Part shown: positions 1 through 14,040 of the stretch, one piece after another
Layout of the letters: each line of letters begins with the position of its first letter
How positions within the stretch are numbered: the stretch's first letter is position 1
Source of the DNA: Octopus vulgaris
Lineage: Eukaryota
Assembly: GCA_951406725.2 (NCBI GenBank)
Contig: OX597821.1
Coordinates: forward strand, 80,104,001-80,168,000
DNA length: 64,000 nt
Direction: 5' to 3'
Translations under genes and position numbers: made by a program
The notes under the pieces: generated by a model
The model's input: only the letters and a program-made list of their open reading frames with translations
What the model was told of the DNA's origin: nothing
The model's database searches: none

Positions 1-621
1 TCTCTGTTGCGTGTATGTGTGTTAGAGAGGGAGAGAATGTGCGTGTGTGTGTATTTATGTATGCGTAGGTTGTTTGTTTTTGTGCATATGTTTAAGAGTA
101 TGTATGTGGTGTGTGTGTGTCTGTTCCATATATGTATGTGTGTTAGTATAGTTATATGTTAGTGTGTGTATATATATTGTAATATGTGAGTGTAAGTCAA
201 TATGTTTGTCAGTGTGTGTGCGTTAGTGTGTATGCGCGATAGTATATGCGTCTGTATACATGTTAGTATGCGTATGTATAAGTGTATATGGATAAGTGTG
301 TGTGAGAGAGTGTTGTAAGTATTTATATGTGTTACAAATACGTGTGGATGCTGTGTGGTATGTGTATATGTTCCCTATGTTTGTAAAAGGGCCCAGTGGG
401 TGGCTGCATATATTGAGTCGGTTTATATTTATGTGTGTGTGTGTGTGCGTGCTAGTCGTGTAAGCATATGTGTGTTCATGCGTATGTGTAAGGGAGGAGG
501 TGTGAAGGTGAGGATAACTCTGGGAAAAGAAAATAACAGCCTTCTCGTTAATAAGGAAAATATTTGAGGTGATGGAATATGTGACTGGTGTGTGTGTATG
601 TATGTGTGCGTGTGTGAATGC

Positions 622-652
<31 letters not shown>

Positions 653-837
653 TGCGTGTGTGTGTGTGTATGTCAATGCTAGTATGTGTTTAAGGATATA
701 GCAACTGTCATCTATAGCAACTACAACGATAATAAGGGACATCAGCGCAAACCCTAATAACAGCAGGAAACGATGAGAATGCCTCAAGTGATCCCTCACC
801 ACTGAAGAATAGAAGCCAAATCTCCCTAAATTCTAAA

Positions 838-1057
838 TACATACATACATACATATATACATACATACAAATATACATACATGCATACATACATACATAA
901 ACATAAGAGTACATACATAAAACATACAAATCAGCACATACATACATACATACATACATACATACATACATACATACATACATACATACATACATACATA
1001 CATACATGCATACATACATACATACATACATACACACATACATACATACATAATACA

Positions 1058-1090
<33 letters not shown>

Positions 1091-1100
1091 TCATACATAC
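838..1100. repeat. (TACA)n microsatellite
   Basis: Directly visible tetranucleotide run. Confidence 0.95.
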
Positions 1101-1208
1101 AAACAAAAATCCCCTGTTTTTGATGTTAAATTTCCAATGAAGGAGCCTTGGATCTAGGTTAGAAACCGGTTCTTTATTGGCAAGAAATCTTGAAATAAAC
1201 TGAATAAC
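870..1208 (+). mobile_element. 3' UTR of an R4/Dong-like LINE with an expanded internal (TACA)n tract
   Basis: 1101-1208 (gatgttaaatttccaatgaaggagccttggatctaggttagaaaccgg...ggcaagaaatcttgaaataaactgaa) matches 59410-59520, which follows an RLE-domain ORF. The motif catacataaaacatac near 912 also matches that UTR. Confidence 0.65.
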
Positions 1209-1910
1209 GACATAAATAGACAAAAAGAAGTCCTGCTGATGTGAATATCTCTATGAAAATAGAAAACACCACTAAACATTTTGTCCAGCATGCTAACGAT
1301 TCTGCCGGCTGGTCACCCTTTAATATTTGTATCATGACAATAGTTTCCAGTTTCGGTATAAAACCAGCATTTTTTAAGGCGATGTGATTAGTCAATAACC
1401 ATCGATTCTAGTACTTGACTGGTAAAATATTTTTTCGACCCCAGAGGTGTGAGAGGCAAAGTTGACCTCTGCCGGATTAAAAATCAGACTGTAAATTGTC
1501 GGAGAAATACCGGAAGTAATGTTATCTAACACTCTTATGATTCTAGCAGTTACATATATACATGTATATTAGATTTAGGTGAATACTTATGGTATTGCAA
1601 GGGGCCATTCTTTACATAGTCTATTGCGTGTCATCTAAAAACGGCGGCCCGTTATTTTTGGCTCATGACTCTTGGATGCACTATTGGAAAAGAACTGACT
1701 CGATAGTCACGACTGGGAGGCCTTTGATAATAGTTTAAATAAACCAATGTCTAACAGAAGTTTAAGTAACAGCAACAAGTATTCTATTTAACACTTTCTT
1801 AGAGAGTAGTATATATACATATGCGCATAGATATGTGTATACATTTATGCATATACACATACCTATATGGATATACACAGATGTGATTGTATATATCATA
1901 CACAATTTAC

Positions 1911-1961
<51 letters not shown>

Positions 1962-2751
1962 GCTTTTTCTTTAAACTCACATCACACACTTGCATATATA
2001 TATATATGTGTGTGTATGTGTGACATGGAGCATCTACATAACAGAAAGAAACCATGGTCCAAGCTGTTTTCGAAATTTCGAATAATTCTTCTTTTGCTGT
2101 CGATGATATTTTTGCTTACTGCCAGATGTTCCCTAGATAAAAGAAATTAAACACACTCCAGCAATTTCAGTGTGTATATATCTTAGAGATTGTAAGCAGA
2201 AACAGCCAGAAGAACGAACGTTGAGTATAAACCTTTATCTTACACCGTATTGCTTTCTCCAATCTGACAGCTTTCTTTTTCACTCAGCTTTAATAAATAA
2301 ATACACAAATGTATCCCCAAATATTTCAGGGAACATTCATAAGAAGTGTGAAGGGAAAAAAACTTCCAAATAAATAAATATATAAATTAATTAATAAATA
2401 AAATAATGTTCACGCTGCAAATGGCATTTTTTCTATTGTTTTCATGTATTTTAGATCCGCCGCCATTGAATGTTTCTGTGCATACGATCCACATGTGAAT
2501 TGTTAGAGCCACAGACGGAAAAGGGACCCAGATGGTAAAGAATTGGTTCTTGGGATGCTACTAAATGGCATCCACAGAGCACCTGTTTCTTCTGCAGTCT
2601 GTTTATTTATTTGGAATAGAGTATTGGTGAAGCTTTAAGCTAGGGTATGGTTGGAATTGGTAAAATCTGTACCAAATGGTATTTAGCAATAATGCAAAAC
2701 AAATGAGAATGGAACGAGGGAAAGGGAAATAACAGCAGGGGAGAGAAATAA

Positions 2752-2782
<31 letters not shown>

Positions 2783-3745
2783 AAGGAAATAGTTTACTAC
2801 AGATAGGGAGAAGAGAAAGACAAATTGAATATGTGACAGAAAGAAGGAGAGAAAAAGATATATATATATATATATGAGAGAGAGGAGACTAACAGAGAGA
2901 GAGAGAGAGAGAAGCAGAGAGAGAGAGACAGACAGACCGAAGACAGAGAGAGCGAGAGAGCTACAGAAAGTGAGAAAGCGAGAGAGTACGTGTGTATATC
3001 TGTATGATCACGTATGTATCCGTGACCGTCTGCGCTCCTTTTATTAAAAAAATATATATGACCATTATATTCCAAAAAGTAAGCCAAGCAAAATACTTCA
3101 GTTTAAATTTAAGTTAATGTTTTCCAAATGTGACAAACTGTTCAAAGATATCAAGTAGATTAACTATTAATGTCTCAAAAGCCACGTCTGGCCGTTCGAG
3201 TACAGTTAAAGACTTCGTTTTTATATTGTTTTATGTAAGAATATATTTGAATGGATATTTTCTCTGTTATTTTTACCTAAATTCACAGAAATAACAGAAA
3301 TTCAGCGCTGCAAATTAAGAATAAAAAAGAATTATACGTCATATTTAGATATATCGACATTTGTATTTGTTATTATTGCGTCGTCCCCGGTTAGCATCGG
3401 TTGAGCAGACATACAAGGTTATCTCAGATGAGTGCTCCAGAGAATGGGGGGGAAATAAATATAAGGGTCACGGGCAGAAACACAGGATCGGGCGTTAACC
3501 TTTGGCACGATGTAAACTTTTGCGTAACAATACGGACGAGATGCGCTCGGAGGGGAAACGCAATTGCATCACATAGAGTTTGTACGGATATCGGTGTCCT
3601 AATGATTCTCTAATGACCACAAAGTTGTCCTGGCATTGGTCATCATTGATAGGACGAAGAAGAAACCAATCAAAGAATGGCAGAAGGCATAGAAGGATGA
3701 CCAAGGTATTTGCCTGGATTTCTTCAGTCCTGATTTTCCTTCACA

Positions 3746-3776
<31 letters not shown>

Positions 3777-3818
3777 TGTATGTATGTATGTATGTATGTA
3801 TGTATGTATGTATATTTT

Positions 3819-4138
3819 GGATCTTTACCTTTTGACCGACAGATTTTTAAAATAATTTTTTGTAACTAAACACTTTCAAACTTCGTATACTTCGCCTGAA
3901 GTTGTTGTTGACCAACAATGGCAGTAATTTTATTCAGCTGAATACTCGTCATTGATTGGTTGAAATTACCGAAATACGATAACTTTAACAAGAAATAACT
4001 TCCAAAATACAGAATTTTCTCAACAACGCCAAGAGTAAAAGATGTTTTATGTGACACATTCTACCAGTATACGAAGTTTGAAAGTGTTTAGTTACAAAAA
4101 ATTATTTTTTTAATCTGTCGGTCAAAAGGTAAAGATCC
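3819..4138. mobile_element. Foldback MITE, Merlin-like, internally deleted copy
   Basis: Long terminal inverted repeats GGATCTTTACCTTTTGACCGACAGATT... and ...AATCTGTCGGTCAAAAGGTAAAGATCC. Flanks TATATTTT and TGTATTTT give an 8-bp TSD with one mismatch. Confidence 0.75.
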
Positions 4139-5217
4139 TGTATTTTTGTATATTTCTGTGAATATATAGCACTGAGCTGGGGATAAAAAACAACACCCAC
4201 ACAGTTTGAACAATACACCTGCTCATGCACTTTCAAAATGCTTAATGTATAGTTAATTATTTATGTAAATATATGAACATCCAATCAATTCTTACCCATC
4301 GTACATACATTATTCTGAGTACTACATTACCTATTTTACATACAAAACAAAGGGCAACAAGGGAGTGCTACCTACTATAAACAGCAGGTGAAAAGCTCAA
4401 ATCGCATTTCACCGACGATACAATGAAATAGATATAAATATAAATAAAGAAACGGAACATATGGCATTATGTAGTCTGAGTTTTGTATGACAAAGAAGGT
4501 GGGATGGCCACGGTTTGAATGCCTTTGATAATAAGTCTGGCCTGCTGGATCAGAGTTGATCTGGGGGCTAAACAATACCAACAATCAGAGAACCCTGTTT
4601 GTCTTTCCCGAGAAGTGTATATCAAATGATAAAGAGAGAAAGAGAGAGAGGGAGAGAGAGTGATAGAGGTAGATACAATGGGAAACGAATGGAGGGAGAG
4701 AGAGAAAGAGAGAGAACGATAGAATGAGAATGAGGGAAATTGGTATCTATCTATCTATTTGCGAGTGTACATGTATGTATATACTTTATATATGAACATA
4801 TACATACTTGGAAAAGGATGCGTGGCGTTCGATCATATAATAATATAAATAATACATAAATACAGGACAGTGAGAACGTTATTATTACCACTTTCACCCC
4901 CGCAAAAATCCCAAATTTTATTTAATTTGCTTTGCGGGAAGGATTGTTTCAACGAATTCGCGTCTTGTTCTTACCTTCGAACGCGGAGTAGATGAAACAG
5001 GGACAACTGATGAAGGGGAATATTCTTTATGTTGTGTCTCGTTTCTCTGTTTGTTTGTTTTTCGTTGTTCGAAAAAAGTTCATTTTCTATGTACCCATAT
5101 ATGCATGTATATATACATATATATGTAGGTATGTAATATATGTATGTATATATGCATATATTTATATATTAATAATTTATATTATTATATATATACATGC
5201 ATACATACATAAATATA

Positions 5218-5254
<37 letters not shown>

Positions 5255-5259
5255 TTATG

Positions 5260-5300
<41 letters not shown>

Positions 5301-5305
5301 TTATG

Positions 5306-5390
<85 letters not shown>

Positions 5391-5391
<1 letters not shown>

Positions 5392-5619
5392 GGCGGCGAG
5401 CTGGCAGAAACGTTAGCACGCCGGGCGAAATGCATAGCCGTATTTCGTCTGCCGTTACTTTCTGAGTTCAAATTCCGCCGAGGCCGACTTTGCCTTTCAT
5501 CCTTTCGGGGTCGATAAATTAAGTACCAGCTACGCACTGGGGTAGATATAATCGGGTTAATCCGTTTGTCTGTCCTTGTTTGTCCCCTCTGTGTTTAGCC
5601 CCTTGTAGGTAGTAAAGAA

Positions 5620-5620
<1 letters not shown>
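5391..5620 (+). mobile_element. tRNA-derived SINE family A (Meta/Sauria-like central domain)
   Basis: Consensus aggcggcgagctggcagaaacgttagcacgccgggcgaaatg...gagttcaaattccgccgaggtcgactttgcctttcatcctttcggggtcgataaattaagtaccag. More than 20 full or partial copies occur in the window, e.g. 10840, 11066, 11540, 22211, 22459, 22695, 37170, 37745, 52875, 55000, 60203. Confidence 0.85.
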
Positions 5621-5658
<38 letters not shown>

Positions 5659-7544
5659 AAACAGTATATCTAAGTCGATTTAGACGGAGAACTCCATTCT
5701 TCCGTCCGAGAAAACAGCAATTCATCGGGAAAGCTCCCTAGTAACAGGCTACTAGAACAACTTAAATAAACTATGGTGCTTAAACATTTATATTGAGTAC
5801 TTCTCTCATTCATGACAACTGACGAATCTACACAGACGCAAAGTAAAGATACAGAGACGGGGGACGAGGGGGAAAAAGAGAAAGCATGCTTGTGAGATAC
5901 ACACATATATAGGGAGAGAGAGGGAGAGAGGAGCGACAAAGAGAGAGAGAGAGACAGACAGACAGAACAGAAGCAAAGAGAGGGAAGAAGAAAGAGGGAG
6001 AGGTACTAATTAAATGTTACACTAACAGAGGAGAGCTGTACATCTATATAAGTATTCGAATATGAAGAAAACAGAAACCCATTCGAGATATCTAAACATA
6101 GAAGGGAAGAAGGTCGACATGAAGGATCTCGGTCGCTCCTGAAGAGATGAGCAGATAAATCCAGTGAAATGTTATCAGTTTTCTTAAGTAGTTTAAAGTA
6201 GTGGAAGATTGCCTCAAGTATCATTATAGGAAACCAAACATAAATTAAGGCCATTTGTAAAGCATTAGCTTTCGGTTGTTTTGTTGTTGTTTGTGTTCTT
6301 TTTTCGTGGTTGTTATTGTTGTTGTTGTTCCATTGTTACTGTAGCTCCTGTTGTTCTTATGGTTGTGTTTTTTCTCGTTTTTTTTAAAAATATATCTTTT
6401 ACTATTTTTTTTTTGTTGCATTTTTGGTTTATGTGGCTGGGAGGTTGGATGGCGATTTGAAATTGTTACAACAACAACTACTACTGCTACTACTACTACT
6501 ACTACTACTACACACACACACACACACACACACACACGCGCATAAACGTATGCGTGTATATAAATCTATGAATCATACTTAATGGATATACATCGTTGAT
6601 GGGTCAGTTACTGCGGTTTTCATCCTGAGATAACATCTCTTCTGGACTGCTGCTTTAAAGACACGATAAATATCGGACGGAGAAGAAAAATAGACCCAGC
6701 AGCAGCCAACGAGAACTCGAGATAAATCTCAATCTTCTGGGTTTTCCCAATGGCAAATACTCGCAGCCAGCCACATGCCTAGACAAGATTTCGTCGCCTC
6801 TATATAGAAAACACTTATACAACACTCACTGATGTTACAAATTGCCGATCGGCTGAATAAAAATCCAGTATACCTAACTGAAGCAGTATCAAATTAAAAT
6901 TGCCATCTATGTATCACACTTAATGTACATACGCTGTTGGGAGGCCAGTTACTGCAGTATTTATCCCGAGATTATACCACTTATGAACCTGCTAAGTATA
7001 TGTACGTATATACATACATACATACATGCATACATACATGCATACATACATACATACATACATACATACATACAAGCATACATACATGCATACATACATA
7101 CATACATGCATGCATACATTGGCATATAAAAATAGTAAGAAGAGGAAATAGATGTTTTGCGGGGTTCAGCTATGAGCATTCCAGTTGCTCAATTAATTGA
7201 GCTCTACCTCCTCATTGAATTAACCTGTAAATTGTTGCATATTCCGTATACACATTAGGCTTTAATGTAAACCTTAAGCCACATCATTATGACACAGCTT
7301 ACGACAAAGTCAAACCTCTTTCTGCGACAGGTGCACTCATTCCAACTGGCTTCTGTACAATTTCTCTCAGCAGAGTTCCATTCACAAGAATTAGCTCAAA
7401 TCAAAGGTTATGATTAAAGTAACTTGTACAGAATGCCATAGAGTGGGATCGAACCAGGACAGTTGTGATTTTAAAGAGAATTTTTGAGGCTTTGGCTATA
7501 CACATATATTGTATGTAAGGTGCAGACTTATACAGATGAATGTA

Positions 7545-7945
7545 TACAGCGGTTGCATGGTTAAGAAACTCGCTTTGCAACCACGTGGCTTTAGGTTCAG
7601 TCACACTGCATGGTACCTCGGGCAGGTGTCTTCTGCTATAACTGTTTGGCGACCAATACCGTATGGATGAATTTGGTAGGCAGAAACTATGCGGAAGCCC
7701 GTCAAATATATGTGCGTGTATGTATGTGTGCGTGTGTTTTTTGTTTGTCTTCCACTACCGCTTGACAACTTGTGTTAGTTTTTTTACGTCCCCGTAACTT
7801 AGGGATTCAGTTAAAACGGTTGATAGAATAAGTACCAGAGATGAAAATAAATGCCGGGGTTGATTCGCCTCCCGTAAAAATTTCTTAAAGGCGGTGCTCC
7901 AGCAAGGCCACAGTTCAATGATTGAAACAAGTAAAAAGATAAACG
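7545..7945 (+). mobile_element. SINE family B, diverged copy
   Basis: Degenerate match to the family B consensus seen at 53884-54296, including the internal microsatellite and the ...gaaacaagtaaaaga tail. Confidence 0.7.
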
Positions 7946-8239
7946 AGAAAAAAATATGTATATAATATACATACGGAGGAACGCAACCCAAAGATTAGGC
8001 AAGTGGATTCTCGATTACGAGTTCGTGAGTTCGATTCCGATCCCCTTTGTGTCCCTGGACCAAGAACTTTACGAGGCTTCAGTTGCTCCGGTCCGCCGGT
8101 AAAATTGGGGGATTAAGAGAGTTCGCTCAGCAATACGAAAGCACAGCATACAGGGACAGGCATCCACACACACGCGGGCGTGCATTTTCGATATTTATTT
8201 TTATCTTACAGCAACTGAACGTCACATGCATATTACATT

Positions 8240-8543
<304 letters not shown>

Positions 8544-8818
8544 GGTATATGTTTGAGAGGTGACATACATTCACACTCTTACAGTCATGCAGACAGAGGA
8601 AGATAGAGAGAGTGAGAGAGAGAGAGAGGGAGAGAAAGAGAGAGGAGGAGAGAGAAAGGGAGAGAAAGAGAGAGGGAGCACGAGAGATAGAGAGAGAGAA
8701 AGGGGAGAGAAATAGCGAGTGCGAATATGAGAATATGGGAACGGTAGTTTAATATTCAACAAATATGATAAAATACCATAAAAGATGCCGAAGAATATTA
8801 TGGAGAATATGCATAAAT

Positions 8819-8881
<63 letters not shown>

Positions 8882-9274
8882 AATACACATGTGTGAATGT
8901 AGAGGTGGGGTACAGAAATGAATGAAAAAGACAATGATAAAAATATTTAAGTGAGGGTAGGCTGAAATGATGAATTGACAGATTAATAGACCGGATGCAC
9001 CCTCCTACCCCCATACGTACATTATATATATATACACGCATATATATATATGTGTGTGTATGTGTGCATATATAGAATCATAGACAAACACAATTTTTAT
9101 CGTCTCTTCTGCCCCGTTGTTAACAAGAATTCCTCCATATCTAAGTATGTATATATAAGTGAATGTATGTTACAGTATACATATACACATTCACACATAC
9201 ATATAGACACACATGCACATACATATACATGCACATGCCCTCTCTCTCTCTCTCACACACACACACATATGCAC

Positions 9275-9313
<39 letters not shown>

Positions 9314-9458
9314 TATTTACATGTATGTATGTATATATTTTTTGGAAGTATTTTAACCAAGTATGCAAATCTTGAAGATGAAATTCCAAACAGAATTCAG
9401 AAAGCATGAATATGTTTTCGAAAATTAGAATCTCCATTATGGTCTGAACTATATAAAG

Positions 9459-9822
9459 AATATGGCTAACCACAAAGGGTGGGTGTTACTGTAGCTTTTA
9501 GCCCCAGGAGATCATCGTCTCCAGCTGGCTTTAGGCACACTATCTGTGCCCTTATGGTATTTGCAAAGGGGGGTCATCCCTCTCTCGTAAGCCTAAGTGA
9601 CACGCACGGACCGCAGTTTCGAGGTAGTTGCCTCTTGTCAACGGGCGGTAATCACCGGTTTACAATGAAAAGGAAGACCTGTATGCAAATACTTAGGTGT
9701 TTTTCTAGTAACTTCCGTCACTGATTTCGAAAAACTGTTTGCAAGCCTAAAGCCAGCTGGAGACGATGATCTCCTGGGGCTAAAAGCTATAGTAACACCC
9801 ACCCTTAGTGGTTAGCCATATT
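9459..9822. mobile_element. Element with 78-bp inverted terminal repeats enclosing a degenerate hammerhead motif (Penelope-like pseudo-LTR structure)
   Basis: 9459-9536 is the reverse complement of 9745-9822 with two mismatches. The spacer carries a hammerhead-like motif on the minus strand. Confidence 0.65.
9603..9647 (-). ncRNA. Degenerate type I minimal hammerhead ribozyme motif
   Basis: Minus strand: CGCCCG TTGACAA GAGG-caacta-CCTC GAAA CTGCGG TC CGTGCG. This gives stem I, a core differing from CTGACGA at two positions, stem II, GAAA, a near-palindromic stem III and a GUC site. Confidence 0.5.
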
Positions 9823-9879
9823 GAGATGGCTATTATACTTTACGTTGTCGAGCGGTTACTGTTTACATCTCGTTCAGAG

Positions 9880-10540
9880 ATTTATTATTGCTATATAAAG
9901 AATATTTTCGAAATATGCATTTTGTCTGTCTCGTTGTATGGCTGTGAAATATGGACATTAGATTCGAAACAGTTTCTCAACAAAAACGTCTTCGAGAACC
10001 ATCGGATATGTCTTGGAGAGATTATGTGATTGATGTGAAGTTCTTGGAGTTAGCAAGAAGCTCTCTGAAGGCGAAGCAGACTAAAATGGGCAGGCTATGT
10101 AGTTAGTATGGAGGATATAAGAATTCCTATGTGTTTACTCTATGAAGAAATATATATCACCGTGATCACCGTGACCGACCAAGCTATCAGATGTTGCTAC
10201 ATATCGCTGGTCACAATGCGCTCCGCATTGTTTTAGCCTTCAAATGACGCCACCCCGATGGCTAAGTGAGCAGGCCAACAGAAGAAAGAGTGAAAGTTGT
10301 GGCGAAAGAGTACAGCAGAGATCACCACCACCGCCTGCCGGAGCCTCGTGGACCTTTAGGTGTTTTTGCTCAATAAACACTCACAACGCCCGGTCTGGGA
10401 ATCGAAACCGCGATCCTACAACCGCGAGTCTGCTGTCCTAACCACTGGGCTATTGCACCACCACATGAAGAAATATATATACTGTATTAAAAGTAAACTT
10501 TTCAAAACGAAGTAAACAAAAAAACGGGGATCTGAATGAA
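9880..10540 (+). mobile_element. Decayed RTE-clade LINE, C-terminal part of the reverse transcriptase ORF
   Basis: Translated fragments IFEICILSVSLYGCEIWTL, ISWRDYV and LKWAGYVVSMEDIRIPMCLLYEEI resemble the RTE/BovB motifs LLYGCETWT and LRWAGHVxRMxDxRIPKxLLYGEL. It is frameshifted and interrupted by a SINE. Confidence 0.75.
10158..10464 (-). mobile_element. Full-length tRNA-derived SINE family C with a 16-bp TSD
   Basis: Minus-strand head has A box TAGCCCAGTGG and B box GTTTCGATTCC, and the tail ends ...ggtcggtcacggtgatcacggtg. Perfect TSD ATGAAGAAATATATAT at 10142-10157 and 10465-10480. Related tails occur at 42715-42770 and 44230-44270. Confidence 0.85.
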
Positions 10541-13500
10541 CGTAACGTCTTTGATTGTATCTAAGATGCCTTTTCTTTTTATTCAAAGCAAATACCCGAG
10601 TCCTACATGCGAAATTGTACCGATATTACATGCTTTGGATTGAACTGTTCAGTCCACTGCAAGATGAAGGCTTTGGATGTTCACCTCTAACCACGGTCTG
10701 ATGTGTAGGTAGTGAATGCAAGGTTGCAATTATACTGGTTTGATGAGCTTACTTTGCGACACTGCTGAAATCGAGATGCGTCTAATATACCCGCAGGTCT
10801 TTTATGCTATTAGATACGGTCATATTTACGTGGAGAGTAAAGCGGCAAACTGGCAGAATTGCTACCGTACCGGAAAAAAAAAGTCGAGTGGCATATCTTC
10901 CGACTTTACGTTCTGAGTTCAAATGCCGCTGGGATCGACTTTGCCTTTCGAGGTCGTTGAAATAAGTTGCAGTTGCACACTGAGGTCGATATAATCGACT
11001 TACATCCTCTCGCGAATTTGCTGGCCTTGTGCCAAAATTTGAAATTAATATTTTAATGGAGAATTAGGAGGCGAGTGGGCGGAAACATTGCTGCACTGGA
11101 AAAAAAATTGCTTAGCGGCATTTCGTCTGTCTTTACCTTTTGCGTTCAAATTCCACCGGAGCGGGGTCGACTTTGCCTGTCATCGTTTCAGGCTCGATTG
11201 AACACTGGGGTTAATGTAATTGACTTATTCCCCGCCACCGAAATTTCTAGCCTTGTGACAAAATTTGCAATCAATATTCGTGTGGAGAGCTGAGAAATAA
11301 TTCCTATGGACGAGGCATCGTGAAGTACAAAATATACTGAATGAGTCCGTACATTTTCAAGCGAATAACTGTAAACAGCAGAAAGAGAAACGTGACAAAA
11401 GACAAGAAGTCTCCAGGGATGTTGATAATCATTTTTGCTTCTAGGAGCAGAAATATTGGGTGACGAGGCTAGTAAGTAATACCCCGAAACGATGAAAAGG
11501 AAAGTCATCTACGGTGACATTTGAACTCGAAGCGTATAGTCGAGGCAGCAGAGTCGGTAGCACGCCGGACAAAATGTTTAGTGGAATTTTGTTCGTCTGT
11601 ACGTTCTGTGTTCAAACTCCATTCGAAGTCGACTTTACCTTTCATCGTTTCGGGGTCGATGAAATAACTACCAGTCGATCACTGGGAATGATGTTCCTTC
11701 CCGGAATTGCTGCCAAAATTGAATCCAATATTAGTAGGGTTTGCCGTTTTTTGGGGGGTGCTTTTTGAAAATTTTAATCTTTGTTTTGTTTTATTTATTC
11801 ATTTTTATGAGAGAAATCTGCTGTTTTTCTGGTTCTTTCTTTTAGTCTTCCTTCCTTTCTTCCTTTCTTGTTTTAATCTACATATTTGACACTATTTTCC
11901 TAACGCCTTATTTCTCTAAGTCATAACCAACACCTGTCTATTATATTATACAACTATTATTAAACGCCACTCCATCGACACCAACAACTCCGCCGCTACT
12001 CACTCCATCAGAACCATTACCACACTTGACAAAACTTTCATTTGTTATATATACTTTCAGTTATTGTAGTTGCTGTTGTTGTAGATTTCATGTCTGTTCC
12101 CCCTGACTTATCTCATCCATCACTTCTGGCACAGTTTGAGTACCACACTGCAACTCCACCACCGTCCTGCTCAACTACCCACCGAAAAAAAGGAAAAGAA
12201 AGAAAGAAACCCCGTCAAACTCCACTCGTCTGAAAGCTCTGAGACACGGCCAAGCCACTTTGAATGAGATCTTTCTGATTACTGCATTCTTTACTAGACA
12301 ATATTCATTAAGCTCAGGGTTTTCTGTTTTTTTCTTTTCATTTCCCTTTTTCTATCTTCTGATAAATCTACGTTGTTAAATGCACATCCAGACATTGTTT
12401 TTTATACGCAATCACAACGAAGTGATAACGATAACTGTCGCGTAGTCACTTCAACATTTATCTAAAGAAAACAATGCTTTAAAAAAGGGTGGGGAATGAA
12501 AAAATAAAAATCCAAAACGTGCCCATCTTGTTGCAACAGCTAAAGAAGCTGGGTTCTGCCTTGACGTAACTATTTTCTTGATCATTTATTGAAGTGACTG
12601 AATTTTTTTCCTTGGTTAATTGAGAATATTCTCGAGTCATGTGTTGTTGTTGAAAGTGTTGCTGTTGTTGTTATTATTTTTCTTGTTACTAAGCCCATAT
12701 TGTCTCGCTGGTCAAACACGAATATTAGTTGTAGAAGTTGTTAAGCTCCAGATAGATGCTGATTGAGCAGACTTATGATTAAAGGTATCCCATCTTTTAG
12801 TCAGACAAAATACGTACATTACCACTTTACCCTTTCAGGCGATTGAGTGTGATTTGAGAGAAAACTGCCTGCTATTTTAGCAGATACAGCGCTACATCAT
12901 TGGCCCGCCATCGACCATAAGGGGATAGTAACTGCCTTCGATTATAGGTCTGTTCGATTAGAATTGACCTGAGGCGGACGACAAAAATGACTTACAAGCT
13001 AACAGGAATGATTCAATGTACTTCTGTCAAAATGTCGGTGACCATACTCGTCCCAACGATGGCTATTTCGTCATTTTCTAGAGTTTTATGCATTTAACAC
13101 AGTGTTATCTAATGCGTTTTCTTTCAAGACCGTAAGATGTAATTTGAAGTGACGACGTAGGGACACTTTCAGTGGTTCATTACTGAAATAGTCTTCTAAT
13201 ATGCAGAAATAGTCATATAATATGCATTACTGGAACATGAAACAGTCTTATAATAGTCATTACCGGAACATGATTGCCTATAGTCTATCAAAACTTTGTG
13301 TCAACATATATAACGATAAACGTCGAAGATGAGAAAAATAGTCGACAATAAAATTAACATTAGTATAAACAAATCAAATCGAAACAGATACATTTCTGAA
13401 ATACATTCATTTTTATGTATTTATTTATTCAGAGTTTCTTCTAAGGAAAGTAGGAATAACCTCTTCGAGGCGGTATAATCAAATGATATTTTCCCAATTA

Positions 13501-14040
13501 CACATTTAGATTTTTTTTTTAACTAAAAGGATAGATCTGAAGATGACCTGGAATAAAGAAGGCATATAATTGAAGAGGTTGCGCATGGCAACGAAAGAAC
13601 TCAATAACTGCTCGATTGATTAACCGAATGAGTAATGAAACAATCAGCTAGTTAACTGTTCGAATAGTTAACTAAGTGATGGATAATAAAGAAGTGAAAT
13701 AGAACCAGTGTGTTTGTTTATTATTAGCATAATGACCTCCCGAGCTACAGCATAATCTGTTTCAACACTGGAATTCACATCTAGAATTCAGAAACTGAAT
13801 AAAAGGATAAGATATCTATTAACTCGCCGATCCAAACAAATAGCAGCAGCTTATCTCTTATCCTGTATGGGATCTAATTCTCTATTTTAGCCAGTGTAGT
13901 TATAATCAATATTTATGCTTCCATACTCAAAAGCCTACACTAGACTGGCGGTTAAAGTAAACAATGACGACACCAGAGTTTGATTAAATTATTGTGTAAA
14001 TGAGTTAAAGACAGATACATTTCAGAAGTCCCACAAGATA

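Noticed and set aside
13177-13275. Short degenerate tandem duplications (cattactg.../aatagtc)
   Set aside because: Ordinary slippage-type duplication with no further structure.
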